Positions 9,098-18,897 of a stretch of 64,000 bases of DNA are shown piece after piece. The first letter of the stretch is position 1. Every line of letters starts with the position of its first letter. Position numbers and translations under genes: made by a program. Origin of the DNA: Desulfuromonadales bacterium (GTDB lineage: Bacteria; Desulfobacterota; Desulfuromonadia; Desulfuromonadales; JAWOCM01); assembly GCA_046483795.1 (NCBI GenBank), contig JAWOCM010000053.1, forward strand, positions 203-64,202, given 5' to 3'. The notes under the pieces are model-generated. The model saw only the letters and a program-made list of their open reading frames with translations, was not told the origin of the DNA and ran no database searches.

Positions 9098-12000
9098 TCA
9101 CACCTCCACACCCTCTCCCTTGCCCGCCACCGGCAGTGATTCCGTAGACTCTGCCGCCTGCGCTTCATCGTCCACAGTCCTTCGCCGGGCGATGTAGAGG
9201 TAGGCGGTGGGAATGACGAAAAGGGTCAGCAGCGTCCCCAGAGTCATGCCGCCCACGATGACCCAGCCGATGGCCTGACGGCTCTCCGCACCGGCACCGG
9301 TGGCCAGGGCCAGGGGCAGGGCGCCCAGAGCCATGGCGCCCGTGGTCATCAGGATGGGACGCAGGCGCAGAGCAGCCGATTCCACGACCGCCTCTAATTT
9401 ACTGCGCCCTTCCTCCTGAAGCTGGTTGGCGAACTCGACGATGAGGATGCCGTGTTTGGTGATCAGACCCACCAGGGTCACCAGGCCGATCTGACTGTAC
9501 ACGTTGAGGGTATGCCCGGTGAGGTTGAGAGCCAGCAGGGCCCCGGCGACGCTCAGGGGAACCGAAAGCATGATGATGAAAGGATCGACGAAGCTCTCGA
9601 ACTGCGCCGAAAGCACCAGATAGATGAAGCCGAGGGCCAGCAGGAAGGTCACGTAGAGGCTGGCGCTCGACTCCTTGAACTCCCGGGAGGGACCGTCATA
9701 GTCGATGGTAACATTCCCCGGCAGAACCCGCGCGGCAATATCATCGAGTTCGGCAAGTCCGTCGGAGAGTGCATAACCCGGCGTCAAACTGGCGGTAATC
9801 TTGGCAGCGCGCAGCTGGTTGAAGTGGTTGAGCTCCTTCGGCGCCACCGTTTCGTCGACCTGGACGAGGTTGGAGAGCTGTACCATTCCGCCTTCCTTGC
9901 CGCGAACGTAGATGGAGGAAAGATCCCAGGGGGTGACCCGTTCGCTCTCCTCGATCTGGACGATGACATCGTACTGCTTGCCTTCGCGCTTGAAGCGGGT
10001 GACCTGCCTCCCCCCGAGCATCGTCTCCAGGGTGCGACCGACTGTGGCCACGTCAGCGCCGACGTCCACGGTCTTCTCCCTGTCGACTTCGACGGAAAGC
10101 TGGGGTTTGCTCAGCTTCAGATCGGACTCGAGGTTCTGAAAACCCGGCCATCCCCTGGCCTCGTCCAGCAGGTCATTGGACATCTTCTGAAGGTCCTCGT
10201 AGGACCCATTGGTCTGGATGACGAACTGGATCGGTTTCGACATGGCGCTCTCGCCGAGGGAGGGACGGTTGAGGGGAAAAGCCATGATCCCGGGGATGCC
10301 GCCGTAAAGTTTCGGCTGCAATTCGGTCACGATCTCCTGCTGTTTGCGGTCGCGCTTCGTCCAATCCTCGAGGTTGGCAAAGGAGATGATCTGGGAGACG
10401 ACGGGATAACCTGTGACGACGAAGTACCGTTCGATTTCCGGCGTCTCGGCATAAACATCCTCCATCATTCTCGCGTACCTGTCGGTGTAGTCAACAGTGG
10501 AGCCCTCCGGAGCGATGCCGACGCCTATGATCGTGCCCTGATCCTCGGTCGGGGCGAGTTCGGACTGAAGATTTCCGAACAGGAACCAGGCGGCGACAGC
10601 CGTTCCGACGGCGATCAGGGCGACGACCAGGCTGCCGCGAAGGGACCAGCGCAACAGGGTGCGATACCCGTTGGTCATGGCCACCATACCCCGTTCGATA
10701 AAGTTGTAGAGGGCCGAATGCGTCTTCTTGTGGCGCAGCAGTTTCGAACACATCATCGGCGAAAGGGTCAGGGCGACGAAGCCCGAAACCAGGACTGCGC
10801 CGGCGAGCGTCAGCGCGAACTCCGTAAAAAGCCGTCCCGTCCGCCCCTCCATGAACCCGATGGGAGCGTAGACCGCCGCCAGGGTCAGGGTCATGGCGAT
10901 GACCGCGAAGGCGATCTCGCGACTGCCCTTGAATGCCGCTGCCCGCGGGGTCATTCCCTTCTCGATATGTCGGTGGATGTTCTCCAGCATGACGATGGCG
11001 TCATCGACCACCATGCCGATAGCCAGCACCATGGCGAGCAGAGTCAGGGTGTTCACCGAAAAGCCCAGGGCGAACATCACACCGAAGGCTCCGATCAGGG
11101 AGACCGGGATCGTCACCAGGGGGACCAGGGTCGCGCGGAAGCTGCGCAGGAAGAAGTATATCACCAGGATAACCAGCACCACCGCCTCGGCGATGGTGGT
11201 GTACACGTTATCGATGGAACGATCGATGAAAACCGAACGGTCGAAGGCGATTTTGACTGTCATCCCGTCGGGGAGATCCTCCGCGATCTTCGGCAGCATC
11301 GCCTGCACGTCGGTGGAGATGTCCAGGGGATTGGCGGTGGCCTGCTTCACCACTCCCAGGGCAACAGCGGGTCGGCCGTTGAATCGCACCACCCGGCGCT
11401 CGTCTTCGGCACCGATCTCGGAGCGCCCCACGTCGCTCAGGCGCACCATGTAGCCTTCCGACTCGCCGAGGATCATCTCGTCGAACTGCTCCGGAGTGCG
11501 CAGGTCGGTCTCGGCCAGCACGGTGAATTCGCGCTCGACCGATTCGATACGCCCCGAAGGGATCTCCACGTTCTGCCGTCGCAGGGCGCCTTCCACGTCC
11601 TGGGGCGTCATGTCGTAAGCAGCCAGGCGCGCCGGATCGAGCCACAGACGCATGGCATAGCGGCGCTCTCCGAGAATCTGGACATTGGCGACGCCGTTGA
11701 TATTCTGCAATCGGTCCTTCACGAAGCGATCGGCGTAGTCGGTGATCTCCAGCGGCGTGTGATTGCTCGAGGAGAAGGCCAGATAGATGGTCGGCTGGGC
11801 GTCCGCCTCCACCTTGCTGATCACAGGTTCGCTGATTTCGTCCGGCAGCATGTCCCGAACCCGCGAAACCCGGTCGCGCACGTCATTGGCTGCCTCGTCG
11901 GCATCGCGGCTGAGACGGAACTCGATGGTGATCTGGCTCGACTCCGAGCGGGAAATGGAGGTGAGCAGATCGACGCCGTCGATACCGGCCAGGCTCTCCT

Positions 12001-12202
12001 CCAGCGGCTGGGTGATCTGCGATTCGATGATCTCGGCGGTGGCACCCGGATATCGGGTCTCCACGTTCACCACCGGCTCATCGATGTTGGGATATTCGCG
12101 CACCGACAACCGCTGGTAGCTGATCAGTCCGACCAGGACGATCACCAGGCTCATCACCGTGGCCAGAACGGGGCGTTTTATGGAAAGATCGGACAGGACC
12201 AT
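9098..12202 (-). CDS. RND efflux transporter permease, AcrB/HAE1-like
   Basis: 1034 aa beginning MVLSDLSIKRPVLATVMSLVIVLVGL. It shows the 12-TM RND architecture with two large periplasmic loops. Confidence 0.95.
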   Translation of the reverse strand: MVLSDLSIKRPVLATVMSLVIVLVGLISYQRLSVREYPNIDEPVVNVETRYPGATAEIIESQITQPLEESLAGIDGVDLLTSISRSESSQITIEFRLSRDADEAANDVRDRVSRVRDMLPDEISEPVISKVEADAQPTIYLAFSSSNHTPLEITDYADRFVKDRLQNINGVANVQILGERRYAMRLWLDPARLAAYDMTPQDVEGALRRQNVEIPSGRIESVEREFTVLAETDLRTPEQFDEMILGESEGYMVRLSDVGRSEIGAEDERRVVRFNGRPAVALGVVKQATANPLDISTDVQAMLPKIAEDLPDGMTVKIAFDRSVFIDRSIDNVYTTIAEAVVLVILVIYFFLRSFRATLVPLVTIPVSLIGAFGVMFALGFSVNTLTLLAMVLAIGMVVDDAIVMLENIHRHIEKGMTPRAAAFKGSREIAFAVIAMTLTLAAVYAPIGFMEGRTGRLFTEFALTLAGAVLVSGFVALTLSPMMCSKLLRHKKTHSALYNFIERGMVAMTNGYRTLLRWSLRGSLVVALIAVGTAVAAWFLFGNLQSELAPTEDQGTIIGVGIAPEGSTVDYTDRYARMMEDVYAETPEIERYFVVTGYPVVSQIISFANLEDWTKRDRKQQEIVTELQPKLYGGIPGIMAFPLNRPSLGESAMSKPIQFVIQTNGSYEDLQKMSNDLLDEARGWPGFQNLESDLKLSKPQLSVEVDREKTVDVGADVATVGRTLETMLGGRQVTRFKREGKQYDVIVQIEESERVTPWDLSSIYVRGKEGGMVQLSNLVQVDETVAPKELNHFNQLRAAKITASLTPGYALSDGLAELDDIAARVLPGNVTIDYDGPSREFKESSASLYVTFLLALGFIYLVLSAQFESFVDPFIIMLSVPLSVAGALLALNLTGHTLNVYSQIGLVTLVGLITKHGILIVEFANQLQEEGRSKLEAVVESAALRLRPILMTTGAMALGALPLALATGAGAESRQAIGWVIVGGMTLGTLLTLFVIPTAYLYIARRRTVDDEAQAAESTESLPVAGKGEGVEV

Positions 12203-12208
12203 GATGCT

Positions 12209-13387
12209 TTACCCTTCGTTCTTCGCCGGTTTGGTGCCGTCGGCCATGGCGGGAAGTACGGTCACTGGCATGCCCGGACGCACCTTGAGGTGGCCGGCGG
12301 TTATGACGGTCTCCCCCGCCTCAATCCCCTCTGTGATCTCTACCCGACCCCTCTGACGGATGCCCAGAGTCACCGGAACGGCTTCAACCTTGCCTTCGAC
12401 CACTTTGTAGACGAGCTGGCTGTCTCCCTGGGCGACCAGCGCCTCTTCAGGAATCATGAGCGCTTCGGCCCGCTGTTCCAGAACCAGGGAAACCCGTGCG
12501 AACATGCCGGGATTGAGCAGCTTCTTCTCGTTGTCCAGCCGGGCCCGCAGCAGGATGCTGCGCCCTTTTGCGTCGAACTGGGGAGCAACGGCGATGACCT
12601 CGCCCGGAAAATCGTGCCCGGGAACGGCGTCGACGGTCACCTGCAGGGTCTGGCCGACCATCACCTGGCGGGCAAAGCCTTCAGGGACCCGGAAATCGAC
12701 CTTGATGGGATCTACGGCATCGAGCGTGACGATGGCGTCTCCGGGGCGAAGATAGCTGCCGGGGCTGATGTTTCGCAGCCCCAGACGACCGGTAAAGGGG
12801 GCCCGGATGACGGTCTTGTCGAGATTCGCCCGGGTCAGGCGCAGGTTGGCTTCGTCCAGCTGCCACTTGGCGTACGCTTCGTCCCGTTCCCGTTCGGAGA
12901 TGGCGTTGTCCTTCAAAAGCGCCTCGGCCCTCTTGTAATTGGCGCGACTGAGCTCGAGGCTGGCGACGGCCCGGTCGAGTTCGGCCTTCAGGACGGAATC
13001 GTCCAGCCGAAGCAGAACCTGCCCGGCTTCGACCCGATCGCCCTCGTCGAAGGACACCTCGGCCGCCCTGCCGGAGATTTCGGTGCTGACCACCACCGAT
13101 TCATCCGACTGCAGGGTTCCCACAGCGCTCAACCTCTTTTTGACCGGCGCTGAGACAACCTCGGCCGCTTCCACCGGCATTCCCGATTGTTCCTCGGCCT
13201 GCGCTTCCGACGCCTTTTCAGGCCCTTCAGGGGAGCGCTCGAGAGGGAAAATCAAAAAACCCGCCACGACGATACCGACCGCTCCTGCCAGCCATAATAG
13301 TTTCATCCAACCGGACCCTCGCGTCTTTGGCGCTCGACTCTTTTTTTTCATATTCTCTTCTGTCATCCTCTTCATCCCCGAAAGCAC
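12209..13387 (-). CDS. RND efflux periplasmic adaptor (membrane fusion protein)
   Basis: 392 aa with an N-terminal TM anchor, a coiled-coil hairpin and beta-barrel regions typical of the HlyD/AcrA family. It lies 6 nt upstream of the RND gene. The start is uncertain; ATG 13351 (MKKKS) is an alternative. Confidence 0.9.
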   Translation of the reverse strand: MLSGMKRMTEENMKKKSRAPKTRGSGWMKLLWLAGAVGIVVAGFLIFPLERSPEGPEKASEAQAEEQSGMPVEAAEVVSAPVKKRLSAVGTLQSDESVVVSTEISGRAAEVSFDEGDRVEAGQVLLRLDDSVLKAELDRAVASLELSRANYKRAEALLKDNAISERERDEAYAKWQLDEANLRLTRANLDKTVIRAPFTGRLGLRNISPGSYLRPGDAIVTLDAVDPIKVDFRVPEGFARQVMVGQTLQVTVDAVPGHDFPGEVIAVAPQFDAKGRSILLRARLDNEKKLLNPGMFARVSLVLEQRAEALMIPEEALVAQGDSQLVYKVVEGKVEAVPVTLGIRQRGRVEITEGIEAGETVITAGHLKVRPGMPVTVLPAMADGTKPAKNEG

Positions 13388-13450
13388 CCCGGGAGACCTT
13401 CACGGAAGGGGAGCGCTCTTCTTATTTTGTGGCTGGATCATCTCTGAATA

Positions 13451-14014
13451 TCAGCGTTTAAGGCCGTCCCAGGACGCTTCGACGGTCTGGCGGATCATTT
13501 CGTCATCCACTTGCAGGTCGCGATTGATATGCTCCTTCACCAGTCCGACGATGGGGCCGAACGCCAGAGCCTTGAGCACTTCGATATGCACATCTTTGAT
13601 GATCGCCTCGGATCGGGCCGTCAGCAGCAGATGGTGAATGGTCGCATTGTCTTCCGGCGCCGCACAGTCGTCGATGCTGGAAAAAGGAGAAAAATAGTAC
13701 TGCTCCATGAACCGGAATTCCAGGGGATTCTCTAGAAAAAAGCGCAGCAGCGGCGACATCATGCGGATATAACGCTCCCGCGTCGGCAAGCCCTCCGGCA
13801 AATCACCCTGAACCCGGCTCTGCACCCGTGTCCGGACGTCGCTGTAGAGTTGGCGTATCAGCTCGTCCTTGTCCTTGAAATAGCGATAGATGGTTCCGAC
13901 GCCGACCCCGGCCCTCTGGGCCAGCAGAGAGGTGGGAGCCCCGTGAAAACCGTTTTCCGCGAAGACCTCCAGGGCCGCCTCGAATAGAGCTTTTCGCTTG
14001 TCCGTTTTTTCCAT
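13451..14014 (-). CDS. TetR/AcrR family transcriptional regulator
   Basis: MEKTDKRKALFEAALEVFAENGFHGAPTSLLAQRAGVGVGTIYRYFKDKDELI (HTH). The start at ATG 14014 has a GGAGGGA RBS. It is the first gene of the efflux operon. Confidence 0.9.
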   Translation of the reverse strand: MEKTDKRKALFEAALEVFAENGFHGAPTSLLAQRAGVGVGTIYRYFKDKDELIRQLYSDVRTRVQSRVQGDLPEGLPTRERYIRMMSPLLRFFLENPLEFRFMEQYYFSPFSSIDDCAAPEDNATIHHLLLTARSEAIIKDVHIEVLKALAFGPIVGLVKEHINRDLQVDDEMIRQTVEASWDGLKR

Positions 14015-14027
14015 ACTCCCTCCGTTC

Positions 14028-14047
14028 CGGAGTGAACGTTCACTCCG
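14028..14047. promoter_or_regulatory. Candidate TetR operator: perfect 20-bp palindrome
   Basis: CGGAGTGAAC|GTTCACTCCG lies 14 nt upstream of the tetR start codon. On the minus strand it sits just downstream of a candidate promoter: TTGACA (14077..14072), 17 nt, TAGGTT (14054..14049). Confidence 0.5.
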
Positions 14048-14291
14048 AAACCTATGATATCGGATTCCCCCTGTCAAGCCAATTGTTCGAATCACCAGCC
14101 CCCCCTTTTTTTGAAATAAAAACAGGGGCTCATCTCGACCTCAGGTGGATTGAACCGCGAAAAGACCAGGAATGTATTGACTTTCATGGAAAAACAATTA
14201 AAACTTAACCTGATAAAGATCAAGATTTCATCGACCGAGCGTTCCCTACTATTCTCGTCGCCATCGACAAGCAGGATGACCGGCCACGTCA

Positions 14292-16415
14292 ATGACCCAA
14301 ACCGGCTTCAATCTGAATCCAGCCCCGGCCTTCTTTGATCCGGCAGATCTCCCTGCCGCTCCCCATTTATTGCGTCAACTTCTTGAAGCGACTCATCAGA
14401 AAAAGCCTGATTTTGAGTCCATGGCCTCACTGGTCAGACAGGATCCCGCGCTCTGCTACCGGATTCTCGATATTGGCCGATCAGTGTCCACCGCAGCGAA
14501 GGGGTCCGGGGGTGTTGCCGAAATCCTGTCGGCCCTGGGACCGCATGGAGTCGCTTCCGTGGCAATGGCGGCTATCGGCCCCCAGGCGTTTCTCCCGGAG
14601 AGGGAAAGTGGAACTACAGCAGGGTTCGCCAAGCTCTGGGAAGTTTCTCTGCGGTGCGCCCATGCAGCGCGAGAGATCGCTCTTCTCATAGGCTATGAGA
14701 GCCCCGATGACGCCTATCTGGCAGGGCTGCTCCACAATCTAGGCCGCACCCTGCTCCTGCATCGTTTCCCCGATAAATACGGCGAAATACTGGCTGGAGG
14801 CTTCGGCGTCCCGGTTCTGGGCGAGATCGAAAAGGAGCAATTCGGCACCACCGGCCCGGAACTGGCGGCGAGCCTGACCCGGGATTGGCATCAGATCCCC
14901 TTTTTCATCGACGCCCTGCTTTACCAGGAGGAAACAGCTGAGGCCCTGATCGATGCCCCGCCCCTCGGCAGAGTGGTCAATCTGGCCAGCAAGCTGTCGA
15001 GTTCTCACCGGGGAGGCGACGGAAAGACAGCCGCCGTCCTGTTCTTCGACCTCGCCCCGGACGCAGTTGACAACGTGGAAAAGACTGCCCGCGCCCGGGC
15101 GGCTGAGGCTGCCTCCCTCTTCAACGTCGTCGATAACGGACAAGGAGTCAGAAACAAGGAGGGCGGGACGGCCCTTTCCCGCCATCTCGGCTCGGCCGCC
15201 GTCCTGCATGGCCTGGTGCAGGAGATCAACCTCTCCCGACACATGAGCCCCTGGACCGTCATGCTGCGCTACCTCGCACTTTTTTTCGGCCTTCCGAGGG
15301 CTCTGGCCTTCGAATACAGTCCCCAGAGCGGCACCCTCAACTTCATCGATGCCTCCTTTGACCGGCCGGACCGTGGAAGGGGGCTTGCCGTCGCCCTCGA
15401 ACCCGGGCGCTCCATGCTCGCGAGGTCGGTTCTCCGGGACCGGCCTCTGACCCTCGAGGGGTGGGATGGAACCACCCCCCCCTATGTCGTCGACCGCCAG
15501 TTGCAGCGCATGCTTTCGTCGCCTGGCCTGTTCTGCATCCCCCTGGTCGTCAACGGCAATGCTCTGGGAGCAATGGTGGCCGGGGTCGACCCGACCAAAA
15601 GCCGGGAACTGAATCAGCAACAAGCGTTTGTCGAACAGTTCGCCCGGAGCTGCGCCCACTGCCTGGACAGCCGCCGGATGGAGGAGTTGCGACAGACCGA
15701 TGCCCTTGAAGATCAACGCTCTTCCATGCAGATGCAGATTCGGGGCCGGGTACACGAGGCGAGCAACCCCCTTGGAGTCATCCGCAACTATCTGCACCTG
15801 CTTTCCATGAAGCTTGAAGATCGTCAGGACCTGCAGGACCAGATGGCGGTTGTCAACGATGAGATCAGCCGGGTGTCGCGAATTCTGGATCAAATGAAAG
15901 ATATCCGGCCCGAAGAGAAGCACGGATCGGGGCCCGTCGACATCAACAGGCTGATCAAAGATCTGACGTCCGTTTGGCGAGCCTCCCTTCTGGCCGACCG
16001 AAACATCTCCGAGCAGCTCATGCTTCAAAAGGACATCCCTCCCGTCCAGAGCTGCGCGGACAGCCTGAAGCAAATTTTGACCAACCTGGTAAAAAATGCC
16101 GTCGAAGCGATGAATGAGGGCGGAACGCTGACGATTGCAAGCCGGGCGCCGGTCAATATCAATGGCCGACCGCATGTGGAAATATCCGTGGCCGACAGCG
16201 GGCCCGGACTCTCCCGGGATGTGCTGGAAAAGGCATTCAATCCCACCGGCTGCCATGCCAAATCCGGAGGACGGGGCCTGGGCCTGGCTATTGTCGGAGA
16301 GCTTGTTTCCAACTTGAATGGCTCTATCAGTTGCAGCAACCGGGACGGGGGGGGAGCTGAATTCATCGTCAGGATACCACGCGAAGACAAAAAGGCGGAG
16401 GACGACAAATCATGA
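14292..16415 (+). CDS. Cytoplasmic sensor histidine kinase with N-terminal HDOD domain and GAF-like region
   Basis: 707 aa. HDOD-like N-terminus (LVRQDPALCYRILDIGRS), H-box HEASNPLGVIRNYL, N-box NLVKNAVEAM, G-boxes DSGPGL and GGRGLGLAIV. I see no obvious TM segment. Confidence 0.85.
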   Translation: MTQTGFNLNPAPAFFDPADLPAAPHLLRQLLEATHQKKPDFESMASLVRQDPALCYRILDIGRSVSTAAKGSGGVAEILSALGPHGVASVAMAAIGPQAFLPERESGTTAGFAKLWEVSLRCAHAAREIALLIGYESPDDAYLAGLLHNLGRTLLLHRFPDKYGEILAGGFGVPVLGEIEKEQFGTTGPELAASLTRDWHQIPFFIDALLYQEETAEALIDAPPLGRVVNLASKLSSSHRGGDGKTAAVLFFDLAPDAVDNVEKTARARAAEAASLFNVVDNGQGVRNKEGGTALSRHLGSAAVLHGLVQEINLSRHMSPWTVMLRYLALFFGLPRALAFEYSPQSGTLNFIDASFDRPDRGRGLAVALEPGRSMLARSVLRDRPLTLEGWDGTTPPYVVDRQLQRMLSSPGLFCIPLVVNGNALGAMVAGVDPTKSRELNQQQAFVEQFARSCAHCLDSRRMEELRQTDALEDQRSSMQMQIRGRVHEASNPLGVIRNYLHLLSMKLEDRQDLQDQMAVVNDEISRVSRILDQMKDIRPEEKHGSGPVDINRLIKDLTSVWRASLLADRNISEQLMLQKDIPPVQSCADSLKQILTNLVKNAVEAMNEGGTLTIASRAPVNINGRPHVEISVADSGPGLSRDVLEKAFNPTGCHAKSGGRGLGLAIVGELVSNLNGSISCSNRDGGGAEFIVRIPREDKKAEDDKS

Positions 16416-18664
16416 TTCCATCGAGACTATGGCACGGGGCCGAATATCCCCCCGGTATCGCAGCCACGAGCCCGGAAGATCAGGAGCCTGCGGCGAGACC
16501 CTCCATACTGATTGTGGACGACGATCCGGGCATGCGCAAGAGTGTGCAGGAGATGCTGGCCGCCTACGGGTATGACTGCCTCAGCGCCGATGGCGGCAAA
16601 AAAGCGCTTGAATTTCTCGGACGGCAGCACATTGACCTGCTCCTGCTGGATCTGAGCATGCCCGGAATCGACGGGTACCAGGTCCTCGACTCTGTCCGGG
16701 AGAATCACAGCGGCACCGCCGTGATCATCGTCAGCGGCCAAACCTCCTTCGACAGCGCCACCCTGGCGATGCGCAGCGGGGCGCAGGACTTTCTGCGCAA
16801 GCCCTATGTTCCCGACGAATTGGTCAGGGCTGTCGAGAATGTTCTTCAAAAGCGCAGTCTCGAGCAAAATGTGAAGAAGATACACCAGGAACTGAAAAAC
16901 TCTGAGCAGCGCCACCGCTTCATCGTCAATAACAGCCCTGACATCATCTACATGCTTGACGCCCAGGGATGCTTCAGTTTCATCAATGACCGCGTCCGAA
17001 CCCTTCTCGGATACAACCCCGAGGAATTGATCGGCTCCCATTACTCCTGTCTGGTCTACCAGGAAGATTACAACCGGGCCAAGTACGCTCTGGCCGAGCG
17101 ACGGACCGGCAACCGGGCCAGCCGCAACGTTGAATTCCGCATGGTGCCCAAAGACGGCAACCATGCGCCACGCAGCTTCGAATCACGCTCGGTTCCCATC
17201 GAATTGAGCTCTATGGGCGTCTACGTTCAAAACGAGTCGCAGGACAAGCGTCGCTTCATCGGGACCTATGGGGTCGTACGCGACATCACCGAGCGCAAGC
17301 GCGCCGAGGAGATGATCAATTTTCAACTCAACCACGACCTGCTGACCCGGCTGCCCAATCGCAACCTGTTTCGTGACCGTTTCGAACTGTTCATCGCCCA
17401 GGCCAAGCGCCACGACGCCCCGCTCGCCGTCATGTTCCTCGACATAGACCGTTTCAAGGCCGTCAACGACTCGCTAGGTCACCTGCTGGGGGACGAGCTG
17501 TTGCAGGTGGCTGCAAACCGTTTGCGCGAATGCCTTCGTGAAAGCGATACCCTGGCCCGAGTGGGCGGGGACGAGTTCAACCTGCTATTGGCCGAGATCG
17601 GATCTGCCGAAGACGTCAGCAAGGTCGCAAACAAGATACTTCACCGTTTTCAGGAACCGGTCCTGCTTCAGGGGACGGAAGTTTTCGTCAGTTTCAGCAT
17701 GGGCATTGCCCTCTACCCCAAGGACGGCACCCAGATCGACACCCTGATCAAGCATGCCGATGCCGCAATGTACCACGTCAAGGAGAACGGGAAGAAAGGG
17801 TTCCGGTTCTTCAGTGAAGAGATGACAACCCTCCACACCAGAAACCTCTCCATCGAAAGCGGCCTGCGCCGGGCCCTGGAAAAAGATCAGTTCCGGGTTC
17901 TTTTCCAGCCTCAGATGGACGTGGCCACCAACAGGATCGTCGGGGTGGAGGCGTTGCTTCGCTGGCTTGACCCCCACGAAGGCCTCATCCTCCCCGGCGA
18001 ATTCATACCTCTGGCCGAAGAGACCGGCCTGATCTGCGAGATCGGTAAATGGATGCTCGACAACGCCTGCGCCACAATGCAGCGCTGGTCCGCGAAAAAA
18101 GGCTCGGACCTGATCCTGGCTGTCAACATTTCCGCCCGCCAGCTGCTGCAGTCCGATTTCCAGCAGCAGGTCCTAGATGCCCTCGAGCGTCATGATCTGC
18201 CCTGCCACCTTCTCGAGCTGGAAATCACGGAAAACGTCCTGATGCAGGATATGGAAAAGACAGCCTCGAAACTCCGGGAGCTGGCTCAGCGGGGGGTGCG
18301 TATCGCTGTCGACGATTTCGGTACCGGCTATTCCTCCCTGAGCTACCTGCAGTCCCTGCCCCTGAACACCCTGAAGATCGATCGATCGTTCATTAGCGAG
18401 ATCCGGTCTACACAGGAACACTACAGCATCGTCAACGCCATAATTTCAATGGCAGAGGGGCTCGAACTCAATCTGGTGGCTGAAGGAGTGGAGACCCAAA
18501 CCCAGCTGCAATACCTGAGAAACCTCTGCTGCCCCAACGTCCAGGGCTACCTGATCGCGCCACCATCTCCGGCCGATGAGATGATGGACCGCATATTCCA
18601 CGATATCCCGAAGGGCGCCGGGACCGCGTCCATTGCCCTTCCTTTTTCGTCGGCGTCCCGTTGA
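16412..18664 (+). CDS. Response regulator with REC-PAS-GGDEF-EAL architecture (c-di-GMP turnover)
   Basis: 750 aa. REC (ILIVDDDPGMR...LLLDLSMPGIDG), PAS, an intact GGDEF motif (RVGGDEFNLL) and an intact EAL motif (VGVEALLRW). The start overlaps the kinase stop (ATGA). Confidence 0.92.
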   Translation: MIPSRLWHGAEYPPGIAATSPEDQEPAARPSILIVDDDPGMRKSVQEMLAAYGYDCLSADGGKKALEFLGRQHIDLLLLDLSMPGIDGYQVLDSVRENHSGTAVIIVSGQTSFDSATLAMRSGAQDFLRKPYVPDELVRAVENVLQKRSLEQNVKKIHQELKNSEQRHRFIVNNSPDIIYMLDAQGCFSFINDRVRTLLGYNPEELIGSHYSCLVYQEDYNRAKYALAERRTGNRASRNVEFRMVPKDGNHAPRSFESRSVPIELSSMGVYVQNESQDKRRFIGTYGVVRDITERKRAEEMINFQLNHDLLTRLPNRNLFRDRFELFIAQAKRHDAPLAVMFLDIDRFKAVNDSLGHLLGDELLQVAANRLRECLRESDTLARVGGDEFNLLLAEIGSAEDVSKVANKILHRFQEPVLLQGTEVFVSFSMGIALYPKDGTQIDTLIKHADAAMYHVKENGKKGFRFFSEEMTTLHTRNLSIESGLRRALEKDQFRVLFQPQMDVATNRIVGVEALLRWLDPHEGLILPGEFIPLAEETGLICEIGKWMLDNACATMQRWSAKKGSDLILAVNISARQLLQSDFQQQVLDALERHDLPCHLLELEITENVLMQDMEKTASKLRELAQRGVRIAVDDFGTGYSSLSYLQSLPLNTLKIDRSFISEIRSTQEHYSIVNAIISMAEGLELNLVAEGVETQTQLQYLRNLCCPNVQGYLIAPPSPADEMMDRIFHDIPKGAGTASIALPFSSASR

Positions 18665-18897
18665 CATCCTCTTGTGTCCGACTTGCGGCCCTGTCGGGAA
18701 TACCATCCACACCCGGAGTGTTCTTCCCTTCGAAAGCAGTATCAAAACAAATCTAAAATCGATCCTCTCTTCAGTCTTCCGGAACGCCACGGATGCGGAC
18801 AACTGGTCCGCCGGCACTTGCAATATCCCTCCGGGGAGCTAACCTTTCCAGTGTCGGACACGGTCAAATCGTTGCATGAGACCAACGGGGAGGAACC

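Noticed and set aside
9452-13153. A 1233-aa ORF on the plus strand spanning the RND pump and adaptor genes.
   Set aside because: It is antisense to two genes with unmistakable RND and MFP homology. Its product is Gly/Asp/His/Arg-rich low-complexity sequence with no family resemblance. In GC-rich genes the frame opposite the coding frame is depleted of stop codons, because TTA, CTA and TCA codons are rare. This is a shadow ORF.
14080-14100. A TTCGAATC string resembling a tRNA T-loop in the tetR upstream region.
   Set aside because: The flanking bases (AATTG and CACCA) cannot form a T-stem. No acceptor or anticodon arms can be drawn. It is not a tRNA.
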